64,000 bases of DNA, taken from the NCBI GenBank assembly GCA_023920165.1, contig CP089275.1:4774001-4838000 (forward strand). Reading direction: 5' to 3'. A program made the position numbers and the translations under genes. Of the stretch, positions 10,912 through 22,008 are shown one piece after another. This DNA is from Curvularia clavata. Its lineage: Eukaryota. The number at the start of each line of letters is the position of its first letter. The first letter of the stretch is position 1. Below the pieces are notes generated by a model that saw nothing but the letters and a program-made list of their open reading frames with translations, did no database searches and had not been told where the DNA came from.

Positions 10912-11906
10912 CGTGACTTGGAGGTACTCGTTTTGCTCGAGGTTTCATGCGACATTGAAGCACAATATAACCTTTTACACAAGGTGGTGGCCTTAAACGT
11001 GCACGTTTGACAGAGAGCAAAATTGATTAAAAAGCCGGCCATACTACCTGATATCTCTGGCGGTGGTCAGCCTTGCATTGCATGATGGAGCATGCAGGGT
11101 GAAGAGCCCATCAAATACTGCTTCTAGGTTTCGTTCCTGGAAAAGCTCTGCATCTCCCATGTCCCGCATAGAGCACTAGCGATCCTTCCAATGGAAGCTG
11201 TATATTGTTGGTCGTTCATTCGCTTATCTGGGATGTGGGTGGGAGGCCTAAGTAAGGCGAAGTCGATCGAATAGCCACTGCCGCGGACCCTGACAACTTT
11301 TATCCATAGATGTCATAGGGTTAGTTGATATTTGTTGCCTTGCTTGGCACCTCAGACAAAGGATTCTTGTCTCTGGGGGGATCACAACTTTCTCATTAAT
11401 GCCATGTAATTGGCTTTGGTATGGGCGAGTACGAAAATTAAGTCGCACACCAACAAGCGTGGTAACTACAACCTCTTACGCGACATCAGAAGGGGCCAAA
11501 TTTTGAGAAATATTAGAGTACTAGAATATTGCAATCGCCCATCATCAACCTGAAAACCTTAGAATATCGGCAGAGATCCAGATGACCTATCTCAACGCCC
11601 CTCGAAGCTTCGGCTCTGTACATACTTTGGTGGCGAACCAACGCCACACTCGAAGCTTCCAGCCACATCTGCACCGCCACAATGACGTTTCCGAGGACCC
11701 TCATTCCTGTATATATCCAGCCCTTTTACCTCTGCATCCATCTCCCTCACCTAAAGTCAATTAATCCAAACACTCCTCGGAACCACTCTCCATAGGAAGA
11801 AAACCCTACCACTGCCTCCATCAAAACCCCCAAACTTCGTCGTTATCCAAAACCACCAAGCTCATCCAAAAAAAAAAAACAAGACTACTCAACAACACTC
11901 ATCAAC

Positions 11907-12131
11907 ATGCCCGTTCCCATGCCCTCGTCAACCACTTCCTCCAGCGGCGCTACCGGCACACAAACCTCTTCCTCCGCTTCGGCGGAAACCGCACACAACG
12001 TGGCAAACACGGCGACGCAGAGCGTAGCGAGTGCAAGTCATACGGAGAAGACCGAAGCAGAGAAGGAGGCAGAGCGACGATATGAAGAGGCAATTGAGGA
12101 GGAGTACGCCAAGAGAGAGGGAGGTGCGTAG
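11907..12131 (+). CDS. Small hypothetical protein (74 aa), Ser/Thr-rich with charged C-terminal helix ...YEEAIEEEYAKREGGA
   Basis: Good start context (atcaacATG), C/A-rich leader, TATA-like tatata near 11710. I recall the C-terminal motif from small conserved ascomycete hypotheticals. Confidence 0.7.
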   Translation: MPVPMPSSTTSSSGATGTQTSSSASAETAHNVANTATQSVASASHTEKTEAEKEAERRYEEAIEEEYAKREGGA

Positions 12132-12315
12132 AATGCCATGAGAAGATGAATTAGAGAGAAGGGAGAAAAAGAAATGTCTCAGTTGGTTAAAAGATGGATA
12201 TCCATATACTAGTACTCTATATGCAGCAAATAATTTGCAGCGAAATTCTCAGCTCATACTCCAATCCTACATAAGTTCCAAATGCACGATTCCTCCCCAC
12301 ATATAGTGATACCCT

Positions 12316-12921
12316 TTACACACCCTCCAACGCCTCCCTCACTACCTCCCCCGCCTTCTCCCCCATTTGCATCCCCTTCGCGACCTCCCTGCCTTTCTCA
12401 CTCATCTTACCCCACGTCTTCCTCACCACACCCACAATATCCACTTTCCTGTCCCCCTCTGCGTCGCCATACTCGCTCACAAACGCCTCGAGCCTCTCCT
12501 CTAAGAAAACAAGACAGGCCACATCCTCGAGCGTCTGCGTTTCCTCATCCGTTTTCAATCCCTCTTTTCTCACTAGCGCGCCCACCCTCGCCGCCTCTGC
12601 CTCACTGTACCCCGCTTCGAGACAAATCTGCTGCACCATTTCCGCTTGTCGCTTCTTTAGCGAAGAGCGCCAGAGAAGATATCCGGAGCGTGTGGCTGGG
12701 TAGCTAGAGCGGGGGACTTCCCACCGCCGAAAGTGCTGGGCGCGGATGGCGAGGCGCAGGGGTTCTGAAGCGCTAGGGCAGAGGAGGGAGAGGTACGAGG
12801 TGCATTTTTGTGCGTAGTGCAATTCGTACGGCACAGATGTGCTGTTTACGGTAATGCTTGTGGGATCTAAGGCATGCGCGGCATCGATGGCGGCGAGGGC
12901 GCGGTCGTAGGGTGTGGACAT
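12316..12921 (-). CDS. DUF4202-family protein (intronless, 201 aa)
   Basis: ALAAIDAAHALDP, PYELHYAQ, LAIRAQHFRRWEVPRSSYP, GYLLWR, QTLEDVACLVFL and KTWGKMS match the DUF4202 pattern. Confidence 0.85.
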   Translation of the reverse strand: MSTPYDRALAAIDAAHALDPTSITVNSTSVPYELHYAQKCTSYLSLLCPSASEPLRLAIRAQHFRRWEVPRSSYPATRSGYLLWRSSLKKRQAEMVQQICLEAGYSEAEAARVGALVRKEGLKTDEETQTLEDVACLVFLEERLEAFVSEYGDAEGDRKVDIVGVVRKTWGKMSEKGREVAKGMQMGEKAGEVVREALEGV

Positions 12922-13850
12922 TGGCGTGAGAGTGGGGGTACTTTGCTTTTTGCTTTTTTGCTAGGCTTCGTGTAGAGTTGCCGTGAGGGATCAAGGCGGT
13001 CTCGGCGGTGGGAATGGGCGGGCTGAGGTATGTCGCTGTGTGCGTGTGGAGATGGAAATATGGAAAGCCATGCTTAATGGGCGTGGGATGGGTTGAGGTA
13101 GATGTGCAGAGATAGCGGCGGGGTGGGGTGCCCCGCGATTTGTTAAAAGTGGGGGTGTTGTGACGGTTCCTGTCGATCTTTTTGGATGGAAATGCACATT
13201 GGTAACCTCGGTGCTGGCTTTACAGCGTAACGGAACCCTAGTAATTGATGTCCAAAACTACTCGGTGATATGCTGGTACAGTACACATCTCCATAGCTGT
13301 GAAAATGCACGAGAAATCTTGCACACGTGAAGAGGAGCTGTCTGGACCAAAAACATTCGCCATTGGTACTGAGAGAAAGTCATGACAGTGGACACAGATG
13401 GCACCACCTGCGACTGCATCGCAAAGCCAAGCGCTTCAAATTGTTTCTTCGCACAGCTGCTGCTTCTCTATGCAGACATCCCTGATGTGACCTCAACAAC
13501 TCGCCCTTGTTGACTGCCCCTTTTTTGTGCAGTATACATGTGCTAATCACCACAAAGGTTCACCACCACTTAGAATCCGAGGACGCCTAGTACGCGCACA
13601 GTTGTTCCATTCAGCTTCTCTGCGCCTTTCGCGTGCAGTGCTTTTCCGTTCTGGTCCCGCTAGTGACGCGACTCGTACGCTAGCCACCAGCCGAGCGAGG
13701 AGCCCGTTTCACGTGGAAAGCCCCGGCCGGTGTTGATCGGCAAAATGTCGCATGCACGCACGCTATGCAGTCAACGTCCTCACAAAAAGGAGAGGCTAAT
13801 CAAGATGAATTTTTTTACTGGATGCATTGGTTTGATTAGTATCGTACGAT

Positions 13851-16340
13851 TCAGCCCCAGTTACCCGGCGGGCTCTGGGTCCAGGTGCCGCTACTATGCT
13901 GTGGCATAGACGGTGGTATCTGGAAGTAACTGTTAGGGTCTGCATGTGGTTGGTTTGGATGAGCCCAGCCATTAGTATTGTCATGCGCTGGGGACGAGGA
14001 TGCTCCAGGACTACGGTCTTGGCCTGAATGCACTGGAATACCGGGTCCGTATACCATTGCTCGTCTCGTCTGACCACCTGAAGGCTGTGGAAGCTCTGGC
14101 ATTGGCTGTGGAGATGGAGTTGCCCATGTCTGCTGGCCTGGGCTGGCGTCGTAGGTCATGCCATGCTGTTGTGGACTTTGTCCTGAACCGTCGTAGGAGT
14201 TGCCGTTGTAGGACATTGAACTGGCGTAGGGACTTGTTTGCTGCGGGAAAAGACTGGGCGGCGTTGCTGGAAGGCTCGAGTACATCAATTGCGGCGGCTG
14301 TGGGGACAAGGATGACATGGACCCCCATTGCGGAGAGTATGTGGTTGGGCCTGGGAGCTGTTGCGACATGGGCGAGGCCTGTGCAGATGCTTGGCTGCGC
14401 TGATGAAGCTGTGCCGAAAGGGAGGCCGATTCGCGCTGGAATCGGTCACGCCAATGTATGAAGCCAAACCTCAAACCAAACCTGGAGAGCAGCGTGGTGT
14501 AGTCGTTCAGCGCATTGATGGCTCGGGTGGTTGGATCCAATGGTAAGCCCTCTCCAATAGAGGGACTAGGGAAAGGCGGTGCATTGGCCTGTGCAGGTGG
14601 GGCAAGAGGATCTCCGGACTCCACTTGAGTACCCACCGGTGTAGGAGGTACAGCAGGCCTTGGGTCCAGGACAGCGTCTAGATTGCGAGATAAAACGTCG
14701 ACAAATTGGCGGCCCGTCATGTAGGCGCGCATGGCGTCGTAATAGGTGACGGGTGGCTTGACGGTATGAGAAGGCTTGTCCAACACGGCTAGGAGGTTGG
14801 TAACGTAGGCGATGCAATGCTCGAAGATGAGGCGCTGAGCATATTCTTGGATATGGGGCACTCTTGGATTCGGTGACAACATATAGACGTAGCTATAAAG
14901 CAACTCGAGTTCGAAGAAAGACTTGATTGCCGGCAATGTACTCTGCGGCATGTCTTGGAACCACTCGGACATTCTGTTGTACTGCTTCCAGATGTACGGG
15001 TAGGGGTCCTGCCAGGGCTCGCGTCCGGACTGGAACAAGTCCATGTACCATTCTGATTGGATTTCGCGTATCTTGAAAAGATCAATGGCAGTGTCAAAGG
15101 ATTGCTGGAAGAGATGCGACTGAGGAGACGAGTATTTGGGTGACGTGGGTCCGCTATAAAAGGGAAACGCTACGTTGGCTGCTTCGTCTGAGAAGGAGAA
15201 TGCGCGTGTCTGGACAAGAGAGGTAGACCTGTCTGAAAGTTAGGGTAGATGTATGAGGCCAGCTCTGTGCACACTTACCTGTCCAGAGAATAAACACACC
15301 AATAAACACGCCTCCGGAGTTCTAGTTTTGTGCGGGACATTGCTACGTTCTTGGAAGGGTCCTGGTGGATACCAAGATCCACCATTGCTCTCGATGCAGC
15401 GCCTACCAGTGTCCAGCTGTCAAAGTGGTGAGGATCCATTGTGGCGTATATAGTCCAGAGAACCAGAGCCTGGATGCTCGCAATGTATCCCGGGTGAAGA
15501 ACGTCTTCGGCATTATCCAAGGCGGCATTCATATGGCCAACTGCATCAGTGTAGTGATTGTCGCCCCTAGATTCTGATTGGGAGATACAGGCAATAGCCA
15601 AGACCATGCGGACACACCAGCGGTCCCAGGGAGTGGAGTTGTTTCCCTGCTGGTAGACGGCCTCGACGGACGAGTAGAGAGTGGCCTCTTCAAAGATGGG
15701 CCAGAGGGTAAAGATGTTGTTGAGATAGTGCTGGATTAGCGGAGTGGCAGCGAATTTGGGTGGCAGAGGCTTGATCATGTCTCCTGGCAATGGCTCTTTT
15801 GTGCTTGCGGATCTGATGAGGCGAGCATAAGACATTTCTGTGGTGAAGCCATAAAAGTCTCTTGCCGTGGCATTGACGGCGCTGGAGAGTCAGCAAGGCA
15901 TGGTGGTGGTGTTTGATTAGAGGTACTCACAGAAGGCCAAAATCTGATACTAGATCGTCAATATCAGAGGCCTCTCGCTGGCGGGCAGCACGCTGGCTGA
16001 TGGCGGGCTTGGTCGCTTTGACAGTGTCGGTCGAGGCTCTCCGTGGAGTGGCGCTCTCTGGCGTGTCGTGCATCATGACGACGGACGACTTTCTCCGTGC
16101 TTTTGCTTCCTGGATCTTCTTCTCGAGTTTCTCGACTCTGGACTCGAGGGTGGCGACATAGCTCCTCTCCTTGCCTCTTGCAAACTGGTCGTTTGTGCTG
16201 GAGCATTCCGAGGCGCGGTTTGACTTTTCACATGCTGTGCAGGCGGGCAGTTTGCCGTCGCACTTTACTTTTGCAGCGCGACACCGCGAGCAGGCAGCCA
16301 CGGGCCTGCTCACTCTGAGCAATGGAGTCTCAAGCACCAT
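13851..16340 (-). CDS. Zn2Cys6 transcription factor with fungal-specific TF domain (resembles Fusarium Fow2 from memory); introns 15882-15930 and 15229-15278
   Basis: ACSRCRAAKVKCDGKLPACTACEKSNRASEC, coiled coil RSYVATLESRVEKLE, middle-homology motif ASRAMVDLGIH...ELRRRVYWCVYSLDR|STS, and a Pro/Gln/Ser-rich C-terminus. Confidence 0.92.
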
Positions 16341-17310
16341 TGCTATGCTGTAGTTCTACGGGTGAGTGCCAATGGCCGGGCATGGGACGCAGAGGAGGCA
16401 CGGTAGGAGAGCGACTGGATTGGGCGTCGAGCGGTGGCTCTTGACCCGAACAGGCGCTAGCACGGGCTCGGAAATGGGCAGAACCAAGACCTCTTTGGGC
16501 GCAAAGGGACACGAGACGAGACCAGACAAGACGGACACTTTGAGGCGAGAGCGGGAGAATCAGGGCAAGTTGGGGGGGCTCGGCCAAATGCACGCAGGCG
16601 GGCTAGCGCGGTGAAGACGACGCCAATGTCGCGTGGGGCGGCGGGGATGCGGTACCAGGAATGTTGCGTACGCACGTAGGGATGAGGCGTATCGCGCACG
16701 CACAGTGCGTGGTGTTGAGCGGCGGGCGGCGCAACGGGTAGGGCAGCGGGCCAGCGTGCACCCTGGCGGACATAAAGGCCGCGGCTCCGCGGCGTGGTGG
16801 AGAGACTGGGTGAGCAGCGCAGTCGGATGACGACGCGGGCGGCCGGACGAGTGGGCGTTGGATGGCGTGGGCGAGTGACAAGTGACAGTCGTGGCCGCGA
16901 GGGTCGAGGCCATGGGAGCAGAGCTGCACGTCTTTTTTCGGCTGCTGCGCCAGCGACGGCCAGGCGCGGTGGTTTGGCTGCGGCCGCCTGATTGGCCCGC
17001 CCCGTGCCCGTTGCAGACGTCGTTCGTCTCAGCACACTTGGACACTGGGCGAGCGAGCGAGCGAGCGAGCACAGAGCAGGCGGCATCCTCTGTAGTTGCA
17101 GCACGCACATCATCTCGCCTTGCCGCCGCACTGCCTTCGTACACACACATCCACGTCTCTCCATGCCCGGCCATGGCCGTGCACGCCCATCCGCCCCCCA
17201 CATGCACCTCCGAGCCCGCCTCATACAAGTAAACCGCCCCCGTCGCCCCTGCCCTCCGCCCGCCGTGCCTGCCTTGCTGCTGAAGTGAGCGTGTACCGTG
17301 CAGTCCAGTC
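16341..17310. promoter_or_regulatory. GC-rich shared (probably bidirectional) promoter between two divergent Zn2Cys6 genes
   Basis: 970 bp between the two ATGs, visibly GC-rich with many CGG/CCG triplets, and no credible CDS. Confidence 0.6.
17049..17070. repeat. (GCGA)5 tetranucleotide microsatellite
   Basis: gcgagcgagcgagcgagcgagc. Confidence 0.85.
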
Positions 17311-19932
17311 ATGGAAGTCGCGACTGCGACACAGACAAGAGCCGAGGGCGCCCCGCTCCCCTCTGAGGAAACCGCCACCGGCAGCCAGAGCCGCATCGCC
17401 CACACCCTCACAGCCTGCTGCCGCTGCCGCACGGTAAGCATTCCAACCAGACGGCCACGGCATCAAAGAGACCGTGTAGCAGACCAACGCCTGCTGACAG
17501 CCCCCAGCGCAAAACCAGATGCGACCCAGGCCTCCCCCGCTGCGGGCCCTGCGAGCGCACAAACTCGCACTGCGAATACTACGACCCGGCAAAGGGCCGC
17601 AAGATACCGCGCAACTATGTCGTCCACCTGCAGCACAAGGTCCGCCTGCTCGAGAAGCAGCTGGCCGACCTCGAGAGAGACGACGCCGAGCCAGACCCAG
17701 AGGACAGCGTGCGCGGGGCAACCGCTGTCCGTGTCCAGGACTCCGACGAATCCAAGTTCCTAGGTCCCTCGAGCGGCACCACCATCACACGCCTCGTCAT
17801 GCAGCTGGCCAAGCAGTTTACAGAGTCCAAGAGCATCTCCGAGATTGTGCCCCACGCACGCGCAAAGGACATCAAGGACACCTTCACCCAGGAAGACCAG
17901 CGACCCACCTCCAAGATATACCCCATGGTCAGCGACGTGGCGGCTGAGGAGCTTCCCAACAGAGACCTCACCAACCTGCTCGTCGAGCTCTTCTACTGCA
18001 AAGGCATTCACACCCTTTCCCCCCTTTTTTTTGCCAACCTGGCATGAGCTAACTCTCCACAGTTCATCCCATGTACCCCATCTTCCACGAGCCCACATTT
18101 ACAAAGGACGTCGACGATGTCTACAACGGCTCTACTGACCCCTACCAAAACTACTGCCTGCGCATGGTCATTGCCATTAGTCTGCAGAAAATGGACACGC
18201 TGTATGCTGGTCTGGCAGACAGTTACTATCTCGCAGCCCTCAAGTACTTTGAAGCCGCCATCAAGCCCATGAACCTCAAGACGCTGCAGTGTTTTGGCCT
18301 GGTAGCTGGCTACTCTCTGCTGACGCCCACGAGAACCGCCGTCTACTACATCATTGGCCTCGGCGTGCGCCTGTGTCAAGCATTGGGTCTGCACGAGGAA
18401 AAGACAATCACCATGGGTCCGGGTGGCCGTATGGCAGACCCTCTGGAAATCGATATGCGCAGGCGCCTGTTCTGGAGCATCTTGACCATGGACTACGGCC
18501 TGTCGCACAGTTTAGGCCGACCTGCCCACTTTGCCACACGCCGCGAGCACATTGACGTCAACTTTGGCGAGCTAGTCGACGACTGTTACATTACCAGAGA
18601 AGGCATCAAGCCCGCGCCCCAGGCATCACTCAAGAAATGGATCGGCATACACTTTTACAAGATGCGCCTGCTGCAGCTTGAAATACGCAAGATGCTCTAC
18701 CAGAAGAAGCAGCCTGAACCCAAAGACGACCAGCACCCCTGGTTTGCTCAGATGCAGGCAAAGATCGAGGCTTGGCGCGATACCAGTCCAGAGATGGACG
18801 GTGGTTCAGGTCTGAACAAAGTTTGGTACGTCTCCTGATCAGCACCCAAAAGTGCACACAATGCTCACGCTCTGGCTCCAGGTTCATTGGACGATACAAC
18901 ACCATGGTCGTATTCATGTACCGCCCGTCCCCACAGGTTCCCCGCCCGTCGGTCGACGCCGCCATTCGCTGCTACGATGCATGCCAGTACAACATCTACA
19001 TGACCATGAAGCAGATCGAGACCAAGAGCGTCGACGTGACCTGGATCTTCACCCAATCCATTTTCATGTGCATCAACACGATGCTCTGGACACTGTCTTA
19101 CTCCGACGTGCGAAAGCTGCACAGTCGTGAAGAGGTCGAGACCCATCTCCAGGTCGCTATGAGGTCCATCAAACAAGCTTCGGAACGATGGCCTGGCGTC
19201 GAGTCTGCAATCGGCCTGTACAACAACCTTATCAGCGCATGCATGAAGATCTTCGACAAGGACGGCGACGTCCCAATCTCGGCTAGCTCACCATCCGACA
19301 CTGCGTCCGTAGGAAACGGCAATGTTGACGGCATCAATCGGTCGCGGACCACGAGCCCAGCAACAGCGTCAACCACATCAGTAGCCACGCCTTCCGATAG
19401 AACGCCGGCACCGGCGCCATTCGGTTACATACCAAATCACAACCAACCGCAGCTCAACTTTACCAACGGCCAGGCCAATGCACCCGCCCCATTCTCAAGT
19501 GTGCAACAGCCTGACCTACAGACATCGCCCCAGCAGTCATCTCTAGCATATAACGACATGAGCCCGAAAACGACTGCCGAAACCAACATATCACTCTACA
19601 ACTACCCACCCACTACGCAGTTCAACTCGTTGCCTACAACCTTTGCCGAGTTGCCCCAATGGAACCCTACTTTCACGATGCCGTCCCAAGACAACTTCAA
19701 CATGCCGACAAGTTCCTCGTTCTACAACGAAGCCTATGCAGCTAATCAAGGCTACGAAATGGCCAACTATCTCAACCCAGCCTGGAGCCAAGACGCCCGA
19801 GGGACGGGCCTGAATCAGCAACAGCAGATGGAGCTGATGCACGATTTTGAGATGAACGAATCCAAGAATATCGAGATGATGATCGAACAGAGCCACCAGC
19901 TATTCCGGCCTCCACAGCTGCAGACGTACTGA
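17311..19932 (+). CDS. Zn2Cys6 transcription factor, UaY/Ppr1-like architecture (resembles Colletotrichum Clta1 from memory); introns 17434-17507, 18004-18062 (GC-AG) and 18826-18881
   Basis: IAHTLTACCRCRT|RKTRCDPGLPRCGPCERTNSHCEYYD...RNYVVHLQHKVRLLE; FLGPSSG; HPMYPIFHEP; LCQALGLHEE...MRRRLFWSILTMDYGLSHSLGRP. Confidence 0.92.
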
Positions 19933-22008
19933 GGTAGTACGACCAATTGGAATCTCACTTCACACACTCAATGCTCGATATGCCAAATCTCTGCACCGTT
20001 GTGCACACACGAACAGACATGCAATGAGGTTGATTTCGACCGCAGGACCGGCGCATTGTTCATCCGCGCACAGAAGCGACCTCCGACGTAGGAACGTGCA
20101 ATCTCCATCCGATAAGCCGATCACGTCGATCCCATTGCCAAACTTGTCTCGACGCCGCGGAGCAGGTCACATCCGCTGTCCATATGAAGAAAAAGAGTCA
20201 TGCACTCAATTTTTTCTGGATTATCTCTGCGAGAGCGCCCGGAACATGCCACTAGGCGGCCCCTGAGAGAAATCTCACTTTCGGACCGTGTTGTCGCTTA
20301 GCGATTCGTGGCTGCCGCTGTCTATCAGATGTGCAACGTTATGTCGCAAGAACCTCGGCATCTCTCTAGGCCACGCTAAAAGCTTATGTCCGCCACTAAG
20401 CCGAAAAAGAGTCAGGCACAGATCCAGACCCGATACCAAGTGAAGAGAGCCGCCGGTGGCGATGCCAAAGTAACGGTGAGAGAAATGGTAGTCCCTGCAA
20501 GTCTCGGTTCTAGAATACATATAATGAAGTCCAGACAAGGCCGAGATACGTGATTGTGTCAAAAATACGGCATACACTGCATGTGGCACGGTTTGCGGGT
20601 GGTCAGGTGGTCAGGTTCACGGCTTGTAGTATGTAGTGCTGCATTACGAGAGGAACAGAGAGTCAATGGAGATTAGTTCAGCTAATCTGGCTTGTTCATG
20701 TGGAAGTCGTCGTCGTAAGCTTAGACCTCAAGCTACCGATGGCGTGCTCTCCATCTCAAGCAAAATATCTCTGCCCCGATTGGCACGAGATATAATAAAA
20801 GAAATTTTAGCCATGACCTTGCTTCAACTCAAACGATGATTCTGATTTGCCAGGAAAGGTTGTCGTGGCCAGCTACAAAGGCCATTTCGTCTAGCCGAAA
20901 AGAGCCGCTGTATTACTATCTTTCTCCCTCTGTGTGCAATCTGATTATCATGCATCCCTTCCCTATCTTGCTCCAACTAATCGAAAAAAAAAATCGCCTT
21001 CATATCTTCATCGCCGTCGTCCGTCTGTGTGCAATCTGACTAAACCTCAAACTTGTTACACACCCTCCCCTCCTCCTTTCTCATTTCTTCAATTCTCTCT
21101 CTCTCTCCCCTTCAATTCACCACCCTCAGTTCTCAGCCAATGTGGCACCTACCATCATCTCTCGATTTCAAGATGCACCTTTGGCGAGAAATTGTCAAAA
21201 GCGTCGACGAAAGAGGCAGCGGATTGAGTTGCGAATATGAACTAACAGCATGAGCATGAGAATCTTGTATTCTAATCGCTAGCAGCCTTGTACTGGCAGA
21301 ATTATCCCGTGGCATTCGAATCTCATTCGTGTTACTGGTTCCACCATTGCCTGCTTTGCAGACAGGCAATCATCTTGAAGTCATGTCACATTGGTTGTGT
21401 CTTTGCATTCCGATCTCTACAAGCAGTGACCTGTTTGGAGTCTCTGATAAAACCAAAAAATAACAGCACCAGGCAAAAGTGAACTGAATCGTGGTAAAGA
21501 TGCGTGTGAAAGAAATTGGCATTTCGAGTGCAGGATCAGCGTAGTAGAGACTCAAGCCAATGTTTACCTTGTCAGGCAATAGTCTCGAGGCCAAAAATCT
21601 CATGACGCTTCTTCCCGTGACACTTGCATCTGTTGCCAAGTGTAGTATATCGATGGCGTCAACTGCATATCTTCGGTTCATCGGCCGCATAGTTGATACG
21701 CTTGAATCTTCGAGATTGAAGTTGTCAACAACCATACACAAGATGATCAAGATTCAGCCATGTTTCAGGGAGCAATCAGAGGAACAACACGTTTGTCATT
21801 ATTCATAAGTTGAGATTGGGCCTTCGTAATGCACACAGGCGTAGCTGCTGTGTTCCCACCCACAATAGGAAAACTGGTGATACAGAACAAACCACCCAGA
21901 CGCCCATCTTGCCCAAAACACCTCACCATTCCAAACGCCAATGCTACCTTCTAAACTGGAAAAAGCAAAAGAAGAAAAGAAAAATACAACAAGGCACTAG
22001 TTGGCCCT

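Noticed and set aside
9557..12131. Tyrosinase plus small peptide gene as a possible ustiloxin/dikaritin RiPP cluster
   Set aside because: No DUF3328/UstYa gene was seen, and the small protein lacks a signal peptide and KR-delimited core repeats.
16457..17721. Long overlapping ORFs (255, 293 and 166 aa) between and over the TF genes
   Set aside because: They are Arg/Ala/Pro-rich translations produced by stop scarcity in GC-rich promoter DNA and show no domain signal.
20000..22000. Short ORFs between the TF and the sulfate permease
   Set aside because: No motifs or consistent splice structure; the region reads as convergent 3' UTR/intergenic DNA.
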